This document shows, one piece after another, positions 10,687 through 19,659 of a stretch of 19,659 nucleotides of DNA. Each line of letters starts with the position of its first letter. The stretch's first letter is position 1. The translations under genes were made by a program, and so were the position numbers. Under the pieces are notes generated by a model. That model did not search any database. It saw nothing but the letters and a program-made list of their open reading frames with translations, and had not been told where the DNA came from. Source of the DNA: Octopus sinensis (lineage: Eukaryota); contig NW_021824186.1 in NCBI RefSeq assembly GCF_006345805.1, positions 1 to 19,659 on the forward strand, given 5' to 3'.

Positions 10687-10905
10687 TACGAGAGATTGCT
10701 GAAAAGTTTCTGGTTTTATGGTTATCGCGAAAGACCTGGTTGGAGGCCCAGCCTTCCGAGTTCTTTACAGGGCTTAGAAAAACTGCAAGGCCGCTGCAAT
10801 AAGTGTGTGAATCTGAGAGGGGAATATATTGAATGAAATCATAATTTACTGATCCTCCAATATTTTCTTTTACTCAAAGCCAGGAACTCTTCTGCACCCC
10901 TCATA
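10687..10905 (+). mobile_element. Non-autonomous Tc1/mariner-derived MITE
   Basis: TA at both ends; imperfect TIRs tacgagagattgctgaaaagtttctggtttt / aaagccaggaactcttctgcacccctcata; internal remnant ...CNKCVNLRGEYIE*, typical of a mariner transposase C-terminus. Confidence 0.85.
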
Positions 10906-10935
10906 ACCGTCTTCTAGCCTTATTAAAAATTTCAG

Positions 10936-11061
10936 GCCTTGCGCCAGTTGTAGAAAGAATTATAGAACAATACACGGAAAAAAAGTTGATAGAAATGAAT
11001 ATTATTTGTCCTCATTGCAATTTTTGGGAGAAATCATAAAAAAATCGGAAGAAAAAATATG
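10936..11061 (+). CDS. Candidate 126-nt coding exon with weak resemblance to the TMEM63/OSCA cytosolic region
   Basis: tttcag| acceptor, ATATG|gtaatt donor, 126 nt, open frame (R)PCASCRKNYRTIHGKKVDRNEYYLSSLQFLGEIIKKSEEKI. It is frame-compatible with the strong donor ACAG|gtgagt at 10336. The similarity was judged from memory only. Confidence 0.3.
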
Positions 11062-11233
11062 GTAATTTACTGATAGTGAATTCCAAATTGAAATCTAATA
11101 TAGATATCGTCCCAGGAATACGAGCTATGATCTTAAATGTAATTTGATTTGTGGAAACGCGCGTAGCGATGCATTAAATGTTTACAAATTCCATCCTCGG
11201 AATTATTGTTACTATTATTATATACTTACGCGA

Positions 11234-11466
11234 AAGGCAGCGAGCTGGCAGAAACGTTAGCACGCCGGGCGAAATGCGTAGCCGTATTTCGTCTGCCGCT
11301 ACGTTCTGAGTTCAAATTCCGCCGAGGTCGACTTTGCCTTTCATCCTTTCGGGATCGATTAAATAAGTACCCGTTACGCACTGGGGTCGATGTAATCGAC
11401 TTAACCCCTTTATCTGTCCTTCTTTGTCCTCTCTGTGTTTAGTCCATTGTGGGTAGAAAAGAAATA
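11234..11466 (+). mobile_element. Full-length tRNA-derived SINE (family B)
   Basis: Head aaggcagcgagctggcagaaacgttagcacgccggg, B-box gagttcaaattcc, central gaggtcgactttgcctttcatcctttcggg, 3' ggggtcgatgtaatcgact and an A-rich tail. Confidence 0.9.
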
Positions 11467-11630
11467 GGTATTTTGTCTGGTGCTACGTTCTGAGTTCAAA
11501 TTCCGCCTAGGTCGACTTTGCCTTTCATCCTTTCGGGGTTGAGAAAATAATTACCAGTTGAACACTAGGGTCGATGTAATCGACTCATATCCACCTCCCC
11601 TTAGCTGCCCCTGTAGCAAAAATTTGAAAT
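11467..11630 (+). mobile_element. 5'-truncated family B SINE with a different 3' end, directly abutting the previous copy
   Basis: gctacgttctgagttcaaattccgcc..ggtcgactttgcctttcatcctttcgggg repeated from ~11297-11352; tail diverges after gtaatcgact. Confidence 0.85.
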
Positions 11631-11670
11631 ACTTATTCTATAGATACACATATACCATATATCACATAGA

Positions 11671-11712
<42 letters not shown>

Positions 11713-11714
<2 letters not shown>

Positions 11715-12441
11715 AACTAGTTTAATTTAAACATCTTGGTATCCTGAGTTTCCAGTGTGTCGCTAACCTTCGGCCGTTGAGCTTAAATGAAAGTTTGATT
11801 GAAGAGTCAATGTTTTTCTACTAGATATTAGCCTGCGACTGGTCGAGAAAGGCCACGTTGTGTTGCAATTTGATGTTGGAATTTCAGCGACAGCAAATAC
11901 CGCATGGTGAACAAGAAATTGACCGCGTGATGGAGAGGTAGTCGGTCACGTGGTTGGGGGAATTATGACGGGGGCGGGCGATGCAAGATTATATATGCAT
12001 ATATATGTTCATGTGTATACCCATTTATCTGCGTGTATGCGCCCATACGCGTCCAAGTTTATAATTGTGCGTAGATGCACATTCACACACCTGCACGCGC
12101 GAAGAAAAGCACACACGAACAGTCACAAACACACGAACGCAGGAACTCACAGGCACGAACACACACTCACACACACGCAGAAACTCACAGACACACACAC
12201 ACTCACTCACACGATCGATTTCCTGTCCACCACGCGGTCAGTTTCCTGTTCACCATGTGGTATTTTCCCAGTAATTTTTGTTACCCTAAATACCACTATC
12301 AAACTGCGACACCACGTGACCTTTTTCAACCAATCGCGGTCCAGTAGTAAATATTGACTCTCTTTAATAAAACTCAATGAACGAAGACTAGAGAAACGCT
12401 TGAAACTCGGAGTACCAAGGTGTTTGGATAAAACTGATTTG
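11713..12441. repeat. Diverged inverted repeat pair (11713-11938 + and 12222-12441 -) around a CA-rich spacer
   Basis: Colinear alignment by eye, e.g. aaacatcttggtatcctgagtttcc vs aaacaccttggtactccgagtttca, and aataccgcatggtgaacaagaaattgaccgcgtgatggagagg vs aataccacatggtgaacaggaaactgaccgcgtggtggacagg. Confidence 0.85.
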
Positions 12442-12502
12442 ATCCACACATCTAACACCCGATAAATGTGTTGAGTCCTCTTCTTTCGTTTGTCTACTCA
12501 CT

Positions 12503-12503
12503 C

Positions 12504-12581
<78 letters not shown>

Positions 12582-12620
12582 CTGTGTGCGTGTGTGTGTG
12601 TGTATATATATATATACATA
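12503..12620. repeat. (TA)n(TG)n compound microsatellite
   Basis: Directly visible. Confidence 0.95.
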
Positions 12621-13331
12621 TTTATTATATTGTTATTATATGACCGAACGCACGCGTTGTTTTCTCTTCTCCAAGTAAGTTTTTAGTTGAATAATTATGA
12701 CGCGCACTCTTACTCTTTACTTGACCTTTCCTAACAGCCTGTCTGTCTTCCTCTCTGACCGTTGACCGGAGTGCTACTAAACTTTCTTTCTGCCCGTGCT
12801 TTCAACAAGCCAACATCGACTTCTCTGTCTTCCGCAAGCCGATTTTTCCCATGCGTTCTAATGAATTTTTCCACCGTCTATAGGCTTAAAAAAAGCCCTT
12901 ACTGTTGGTTTCCTTGTCCTGTTATTCTTTATTTGTAATGTTTTTATCTACTGTTTTTTCTTCATTTGTATTGCTTTTACGTCCTGTTCTTGTCACTTGT
13001 TTTACCCCTCTGCAAAAGAATTTTATTAAATTCCTTTTGCAGGAAGGATTGCTTCGGCCGGGTCGTGTTCTGCCCTTACCTTCGAAACACGTATTGAGTC
13101 AAACTAGGGGCAGCTGATGAAGGGGAATTTTCCTTGTATTGCTTGTCCTGTATTCTGTTTTTTCGTTGTTTAAAAAGTCCGTTTCCTTGTTTGATTTTAT
13201 GTTTTCGTTTCTCGTTGTGTTCTACGTTTATTTGTGGTGTCCTGTACTCATATATGCATGTATATATACATATAGATGTGAGTATGTACATATATGTATG
13301 TATATATGCATATGTTTTATTTATTATATTG

Positions 13332-13366
<35 letters not shown>

Positions 13367-13544
13367 TAAATTCTCAGTATAAAATAATGTACATCGAAAC
13401 ACAAGAGAAAACTACCTTTAATAGGTAATTTTTACACGCTGGAAGAAGCAGTCAAAACGACCAAAACAATTTCGAAGGGAATGAAAAATAAAAACTTCTA
13501 TCTTGTTATTTTTTATTTTTATTTATAAAAAAATTTTTTTTTAC

Positions 13545-13686
13545 CTTAGATAGATAGATAGATAGATAGATAGATACATACATACATACATATATGCATA
13601 TGTGTAGAAAGAGAAAGAGGCAGGGAGAGAGAAAGGGAGGGAGAGGTAGAGGGAAGGAAAGAGAGAGAGGGAGGGAGAGAGAGATA
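13545..13686. repeat. (TAGA)n, (TACA)n and GA-rich tract
   Basis: Directly visible. Confidence 0.9.
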
Positions 13687-13939
13687 ATCCTATCTGATCA
13701 AATGATAACAAGGAAGTTGTCTATACTTTACAGATTTTATTTTGATAGCTAGATAGATCAATATTAACTACAGCCGTCACTTGCGAGTGAATACGTCGTG
13801 ACAGCAAGTACGATGTTTTAGCCGATTGTTTCGGGTGATTATATATTAACCATCAATTAAAGATAACGACTTCATCCTCTCTAAATTATCCAATGAAAAG
13901 AGACATTGAAAAGAGAGACCTGCAGCGACGTTTGTTTCT

Positions 13940-14068
13940 GTCTCATTTCTAACTAGAGTGGAGCAACGTAAAATGGAGTATGACCCTCAGGAGCAAATGG
14001 TGCCGCAATAACCCAGAAACGAACCCGCGAACTTATGATCAATGGCACAATGCTCAATCCATTAAGCG
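13940..14068 (-). mobile_element. Old degenerate tRNA-SINE head and CORE-like region
   Basis: gagtggagcaacgtaaaatg...cagaaacgaacccgcgaacttatgatc...caatccattaagc parallels the SINE at 15690-15870 and contains a reverse B-box remnant. Confidence 0.55.
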
Positions 14069-14149
14069 TGGCTACGGTAATTCACAGAAACGTATACATA
14101 CTTTATGTAAAAACATACACATAAATGTGGTTATCTATGCATCTATCTC

Positions 14150-14580
14150 AGACACACACTCTCTCTCTCTTTCACATACACACATACATTCTCTCTTTCT
14201 CCTCCTCTCTCTGTGTTTCTTTCTCTCTCTCTGTTTTTTTCTCTCTCTGTCTCTTTCTCTCTCTCTGTCTTTTTCTCTCTCTTACTCACTCCACAGGTCT
14301 TTTAAATATCCAGACATTTTCTCGAACCTCACATACGCACGCATCCGTGCACTACACACCATATACACACGTAGATACGTAAACACATAAACGGGCGTGT
14401 AAGATAACAAACGCAACAACAACAGCAACAACAACAGCAACAACAACAACAACAAACCAAAACTACAACAACAACATCCATACCAACCATATTTCAACGT
14501 ACAAGAAGAATAAAATCGCCATCACCACCACCACCACCAACACCAACACCAACACCAACAACAACAACAAAATCAACAAG
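14150..14580. repeat. CT-rich tract followed by (CAA/CAG/CAC)n
   Basis: Directly visible. Confidence 0.9.
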
Positions 14581-14923
14581 AATGCCTGTAAATCTTTTAC
14601 TTCTAATGGTTTTATGACTCTGCAACTGTCTATTTTAGTAAAGAGCCTCATAAAATAATAATATGCTACCCATATTCAACCCTCATCTCTGTCTCTCACT
14701 CTCTCTCACGTATTCTCTCTCTCTCTCAGGTCCTCTCTAATTCTCTCTGTGTCACTCACATTCCATTATCTCTCTCCTTCCTCTCTTCTTCCCACTTTTG
14801 CTATCACCCATTGTATATACTATTTCATAGTTATCTACCCATTATATATTTTGCCTTATTTATTATAATAGTTGTTGCTTTTACCGTTCTTTTATTATTA
14901 TAATTTATTATATTTTGCTGCCG

Positions 14924-14924
<1 letters not shown>

Positions 14925-14977
<53 letters not shown>

Positions 14978-15035
14978 GTTATTATTATTATCGTTTTATT
15001 TTTGTTGCTGTTGTTGTTGCTGTTGTTGTTGCTAT
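14925..15035. repeat. (TTA)n followed by (GTT/GCT)n
   Basis: Directly visible. Confidence 0.95.
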
Positions 15036-15554
15036 TTACTTAGGCTGAACGATAGCGAAATACAGTGGAGGGTTTTATGATTATCGCGGAAGGCATCAGT
15101 CCAAGCCATTTATCAGATCAAGAGATATTATCCAAAAGATATTCCGTTATTGCCTGAGAAGTTGTCAGCATGTCTGGCAGTATGGATGCGCTCAAAAAAA
15201 CATAATGGCCGGGCAATTAGGAAAGAACTTCAAGATACTGCGGTATGGGAGCGGAGAAAGAGAGAGAGAGGAGGAGAGAAAGGGGGAGAGAGAGATGGGA
15301 AGGGCGTGGTGCGAGACGAACGCGTACTTATATCATTTTGTGGTTAAAAATGTCGAATGGGAGAGGAGCTATGCCTATGGCTTGCTTGGTAGATTGTTAG
15401 AGGTGTGGTGGTTTCATGGTTTAATACCGAGGTGGATCGTGTTACTGTTACTTAAAAGCTTCTTCGCTGCACTTTGAAACGGCGTTTCAGAATACCCTAC
15501 ATTTAAAAGAACCAAGTGCCTAGACTATAATAACAACAATAATAATAATTATTA

Positions 15555-15630
15555 TTTCTTCTAGAGGCACAAGGCCTGAACTTCGGCGGTAGGGGACTAG
15601 TCGCTCAAATCGACCCCAGTGTTTCACAGG
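15555..15630 (-). mobile_element. 3' fragment of a family B-like SINE
   Basis: Minus strand reads ctggggtcgatttgagcgactagtcccctaccgccgaagttcaggccttgtgcctctagaag, then a TAA/TTA tail; ggggtcgat is shared with 11382 and 11567. Confidence 0.6.
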
Positions 15631-15689
15631 TCAAATTGAATGTCTGATTACTTTTGGCTGTTTTGGCATATTATTTACATAAAAAAATA

Positions 15690-15870
15690 AATGCACCCTT
15701 TTAAAGACTACTCAGGCTCATGGGCCCGGTTTCCCGATTTCTATGGCGTATGTATTCCCCAGTTAGACAGGACGCCAGTCCATCGCAGCGTTACTCATTT
15801 TTGCCAACTGAGTGAACTGGAGCAACGTGAAATGAAGTGTTTTGCTCAAGAACACAGCGCGTCGCCCGTA
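15690..15870 (-). mobile_element. 5'-truncated CORE-like SINE (family C)
   Basis: Minus strand reads gtgttcttgagcaaaacacttcatttcacgttgctccagttcactcagttggcaaaaatgagtaacgctgcgatggactggcgtcctgtc...gggcccatgagcctgag...aaaagggtgcat, with a ttta-type tail. Confidence 0.75.
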
Positions 15871-16447
15871 GTTTTTATATTTTTATGTTTCAGTTTTTGA
15901 TTCATTGCTTATATGAGAAAAATTCAACATTATAATTCTGTTCCATACTACAACTACCGAAATAAATTCTAATAAAAATAAGCGAACTGGAGATTAAAGA
16001 GCGAAGTACCTTTTGACAAGTCACCTGAGGAAACACATCAGCACATTCGATGCATTAGAACTGTTTGTATTGCATCTCATCTGCGAGACACCGATGTACG
16101 ATGGGTCGAGACGATCGTAGTGAATCATAAGGAATCTCGTGAATTACATATTCTTTCTCTTATATTTTATAGACACTATGGACACGAAGGAATTGCTAGA
16201 GTCAATACAACGGCAAATGCCTTCATACTGTTGATGACATCAAGTAGCCGAATACTGTGACGGGGCTTTAAACTACATATTACAGGGTATATATATTTAG
16301 AGTCAGATCATGGCTGCTATTTTCAGCATGGTGGTATCTCGTAGATACCCTAATTTATAATCTTAATTATTGCATTTGAAGGTTACTTTTTCCATACTGA
16401 CCACTTGATGAAATCGTTATTTTATTTTTCAATTAACGAGCATGTCC

Positions 16448-16491
<44 letters not shown>

Positions 16492-16505
16492 ATATATATA
16501 TATAT

Positions 16506-16645
16506 AATCAAAATAGGCAACAAGGATATCCAGAGGTAATGCAGTACGATCGTTTCATGCGACTCCATATAATTAAACAATGCATGTATTACATCAGTTT
16601 TAAAATGTAGAGCAATCTTCAGCTGCATATAAATATAGAATTTAG
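16506..16645 (-). mobile_element. Short repeat abutting (TA)n and carrying a hammerhead (family 2, copy 2)
   Basis: Reverse-complement homologue of 9590-9727, adjacent to (TA)n 16452-16505. Confidence 0.7.
16539..16628 (-). ncRNA. Type I hammerhead ribozyme motif with intact core, family 2
   Basis: Minus strand: perfect 6-bp stem I atgcag/ctgcat, CUGAAGA, long stem II ending ggagtcgcat, GAAA, palindromic stem III acgatcgt, triplet GUA. Confidence 0.8.
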
Positions 16646-16861
16646 TTAAATTTAAAAGATACATTTTTATAGTTATTCCATTTACCAACATCACAAAGAG
16701 GGTAATTAGGTAGACAGAAAAACAAGTTTCATCATCATACATATATCATCATACATATTCAAAAACTAAAAAATGCGACAAGAACGTAACACATGCGGAT
16801 AGACGCTGGAAAGAAAACAAGGGCGGATCATCCAGAGCTTTCTTTCCTCAGTCGAGTTTCA

Positions 16862-16974
<113 letters not shown>

Positions 16975-16982
16975 GAACAAAC

Positions 16983-17150
16983 GTATACGACAGGCTTCTT
17001 TCAGTTTCTGCCTGCCAAATTCAGTAAAAATGCTCTGATTGGCCCAGGGCTACAATAGAAGACACTATCCGAGAATTGCCTCGCAGCGAGACCGAACCCA
17101 AGAATATGTAGCTGGGAAGCAAACGTCTTACCAGAGACCCACTCTGGCGC
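16983..17150 (-). mobile_element. 5' half of a family A SINE
   Basis: Minus strand gcgccagagtgggtctctggtaag...gggttcggtctcgctgcg...gatagtgtcttctattgtagccc is homologous to 1772-1935. Confidence 0.8.
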
Positions 17151-17418
17151 TTATATGTTTGTGTATCTCTGCAAACCACATACGATAATTCCAAAAAGCA
17201 TACATTTCATCTCGTTTTAAATGTAATGTGTGATAACTTGGTTATATCCAAACAACGCTGGCTTGATGCATTCTTTCATAAATTCTCGGGCATCAACCTT
17301 GTATCATTTAAACAGGTAAAGAAATAAGCAATATAAGCTTGTTTATGACTTACATAAAGAGAATAGTCATTTTAGTTGAGGTAAGTGTAATGCGGTGTAT
17401 GCAATACTAATGAATATA

Positions 17419-17584
17419 CATTATTTACATTATTTACATTTGACGGATATTTGTCCTCATCTTGTTTGTTGTTAACACAAAGTTTCAGCTCATATACCCT
17501 CCAGCCTACATCAGGTGTCTTGAGTAAATTTCGAACCTGGGTTCTCATTCCTAAGGTATTTTTCGATGTTATTATTATTATTAC

Positions 17585-17653
<69 letters not shown>

Positions 17654-17999
17654 TAGTTTTATTTTTATTTTTATAGCGTGCTTTCACTTCACTACCGAGC
17701 GCAGCTCTGTGTGCCTTGGGTATGTGCTGTGATTTGTTGTGATGCTCTGATCGTTATTGTATGGAAAGTGTTCTGCGTAGGGTGTGTGCAGTGCCTAGTA
17801 GTGCAATTTTCTGTATGTTATATGTGTTTGTAAGTCCTGGTGTTTTTGTTATGTATTTGTCTGAATATTTTTTTATCATACCTAATGCACCTACTATGAT
17901 AGGAATTGTTTCTGTTTTCAGATTCCACATTCTGGTTACCTCTATTTCCAGGTCTTTGTATTTTGAGAGTTTCTCCATTTCTTTTAGAGACACGTTGTC

Positions 18000-18003
<4 letters not shown>
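17419..18003 (-). mobile_element. 5'-truncated R4/Dong-type RLE LINE 3' end with internal (TAA)n and a terminal module
   Basis: 17754-18003 encodes NVSLKEMEKLSKYKDLEIEVTRMWNLKTETIPIIVGALGMIKK...IQKIALLGTAHTLRRTLSIQ*, with the KxxKYxxL...W...PxxVGAxG pattern of RLE domains. Then UTR to 17651, (TAA)n, a 150-bp module and an (AATGTAAAT)2 tail. Confidence 0.85.
17474..17519 (-). ncRNA. Degenerate minimal type I hammerhead, family 3, copy A
   Basis: gacac CUGAUGU A ggct..agct GAAA cu UU gtgtt; stems I and II intact, A9 mutated, stem III palindrome damaged. Confidence 0.5.
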
Positions 18004-18071
<68 letters not shown>

Positions 18072-18217
18072 TATTATAATTATTATTATTAGTAGGTAGA
18101 CAGAAAAACAAGTTTCATCAAAAAATTTAAAAATACGACAATAACGTAAAACATGCAGATAGACGATGGAAAGAAAACAAGGAAGGGTCATCATCGAGTT
18201 CCATATATATATATATA

Positions 18218-18422
18218 TCAGGACGCCATGATAGATCGTTAGCTCCTACACGCATTTTTTTCTCTCCTTGTTTCTTTTCTCTGTATCTTTCTGTCGAAGA
18301 GCGTAGGCTCGAAACGTAAAAGACTTTTTCTATTTCTATTCCTGCGCGTCATACTAATACATTTGTTTGTTTGTACTCCACCTGCCTTCGTCTTCTGTTT
18401 ATTTTCGTAAACCTTCCCGTTA
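18218..18422 (+). mobile_element. ~200-bp insertion in (TA)n carrying a minimal hammerhead variant (Penelope pLTR-like, family 4)
   Basis: Flanked by (TA)n on both sides and absent from the matching position of duplication copy A. Confidence 0.7.
18286..18323 (+). ncRNA. Minimal type I hammerhead variant with core CUGUCGA, family 4
   Basis: tcttt CUGUCGA A gagc-gtag-gctc GAAA cg UA aaaga: 5-bp stem I, 4-bp stem II, palindromic ACGU stem III, triplet GUA; A6 replaced by U. Confidence 0.55.
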
Positions 18423-18474
18423 TATATATATATATATAAGCATACCTGTATACATGGATGTTGCTTTTATCATG

Positions 18475-18826
18475 CTTCACTCATTGGACTGCGACCATGC
18501 TGGGGCACCACCTTGAAGAATTTCAGTCAAAAGAATAGACTCCGGTACTTGTGCCGAACTCCCAAGTTACGGGCACGTAAACACACCAACACCGGTTTCC
18601 AAGCGGTGGTGGAATTCAGACATAGCGAGAAACGCGCACACGCACGCACGCACGCACATAAGTATACGACAGCCTTCTTTCAGTTTCTGCCTGCCAAATT
18701 CAAAAATGCTCTGGTCGGCCCAGGGCTACAATAGAAGACACTATCCCAGAATTGTCACGCAGCGAGATTGAACCCAAGAATATATAGCTGGGAAGCAAAT
18801 GTCTTACCAGAGACCCACTCTAGCGC
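18475..18826 (-). mobile_element. Family A SINE, near full length with an internal deletion
   Basis: Head ends at 18826; 3' end cattggactgcgaccatgctggggcaccaccttgaag is the reverse complement of the family A tail. Confidence 0.85.
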
Positions 18827-19094
18827 TTATATGTCTGTGTGTCTCTGCAAACCATATACGATAATGCGAAAAAGCATACATTTCATCTCGTTTTAATTGT
18901 AACGTGTGATAACTTGGTTATAACCAAACAACGCTGGCTTGATGCATTCTTTCATAAATTCTCGGGCATCAACCTTGTATCATTTAAACAGTTAAAAAAA
19001 ACCCCAATATCAGCTTGTTTATGACTTACGTAAAGAGAATAGTCATTTTAGGTGAGGTAAGTGTAATGTGGTGTATGCAATACTAATGAATATA

Positions 19095-19498
19095 CATTAT
19101 TTACATTTGACGGATATTTGTCCTCATCTTGTTTGTTGTTAACACAACGTTTAGGCAAATATACCCTCTAGCCTTCATCAGGTGTCTTAGGGGAAATTTC
19201 GAACCTGGGTTCTCATTCCTAAGGTATTTTTCGATGTTGATAATATTATTATTATTATCATTATTATTATTATTATTATTATTATTCAGTAGTTTTATTT
19301 TTTATAGCGTGCCTTCACTTCACTACCGAGCGCAGCTCTGTGTGCCTTGGGTATGTGCTGTGATTTGTTGTGATGCTCTGATGGTTATTGCATGGAAAGT
19401 GTTCTGCGTAGGATGTTTGCAGTGCCTAGTAGTGCAATTTCTTTGTATGTTATATGTGTTTGTAAGTCCTGGTGTTTTTGTTATGTATTTGTCTGAAT
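19095..19498 (-). mobile_element. Second, shorter copy of the R4/Dong-type LINE 3' end with terminal module
   Basis: Colinear with 17419-17865, truncated at gtctgaata where it runs into (TAA)n. Confidence 0.85.
19141..19186 (-). ncRNA. Degenerate minimal type I hammerhead, family 3, copy B
   Basis: gacac CUGAUGA A ggc..gcc UAAA cg UU gtgtt; CUGAUGA and the AACGUU palindrome are intact, G12 is mutated to U. Confidence 0.55.
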
Positions 19499-19529
19499 AA
19501 TAATGATAATAATAATAATACTAATAATA

Positions 19530-19606
<77 letters not shown>

Positions 19607-19659
19607 TTCTCTTCTTATCATTATTATCATTATAAATATATATACACACTCATATATAA

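Noticed and set aside
10975-11070. Alternative frame EMNIICPHCNFWEKS* resembling the Helitron Rep N-terminal CxxC motif
   Set aside because: Only ~10 residues, interrupted by a stop, with no other Rep/helicase motifs or Helitron termini; kept only as the alternative to the exon hypothesis.
12700-12900. Possible GIY-YIG C-terminal remnant (..QQANIDFSVF..) of a Penelope-like element
   Set aside because: The similarity is too short to call without a profile search.
15075-15200. Possible second mariner 3' remnant (ttttatgattatcgcggaag; LLPEKLSAC)
   Set aside because: No TIRs or TA duplication found and the similarity is marginal.
17165-17316. Frame open in both duplicated copies (HTFHLVLNVMCDNLV...FKQ) ending at a cag|gtaaag donor
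   Set aside because: All differences between the copies are non-synonymous, copy B has lost the donor and there is no good acceptor.

Overview
AT-rich, microsatellite-saturated eukaryotic DNA, probably intronic or intergenic. The SINE, LINE and MITE repertoire resembles an octopus (coleoid cephalopod) genome; this is an inference, not a database result. Nearly all ORF-track entries are translations of (TA)n, (CA)n, (TAA)n or (CATA)n repeats, and no complete protein-coding gene is visible. The window holds several tRNA-derived SINEs, a CR1/L2-like LINE 3' fragment, 3' ends of two restriction-like-endonuclease (RLE, R4/Dong-type) LINE families, a mariner MITE, a 43-bp-arm palindrome, a ~225-bp inverted repeat pair, a ~1.4-kb tandem duplication and one or two weak candidate exons. 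The main hidden signal is six type I hammerhead ribozyme (HHR) motifs from four unrelated sequence families, on both strands, all with a palindromic or near-palindromic stem III. One family sits in the terminal module downstream of an R4/Dong-like LINE ORF, an unexpected context. A degenerate HHR-like relic occupies the same position in the second RLE family.
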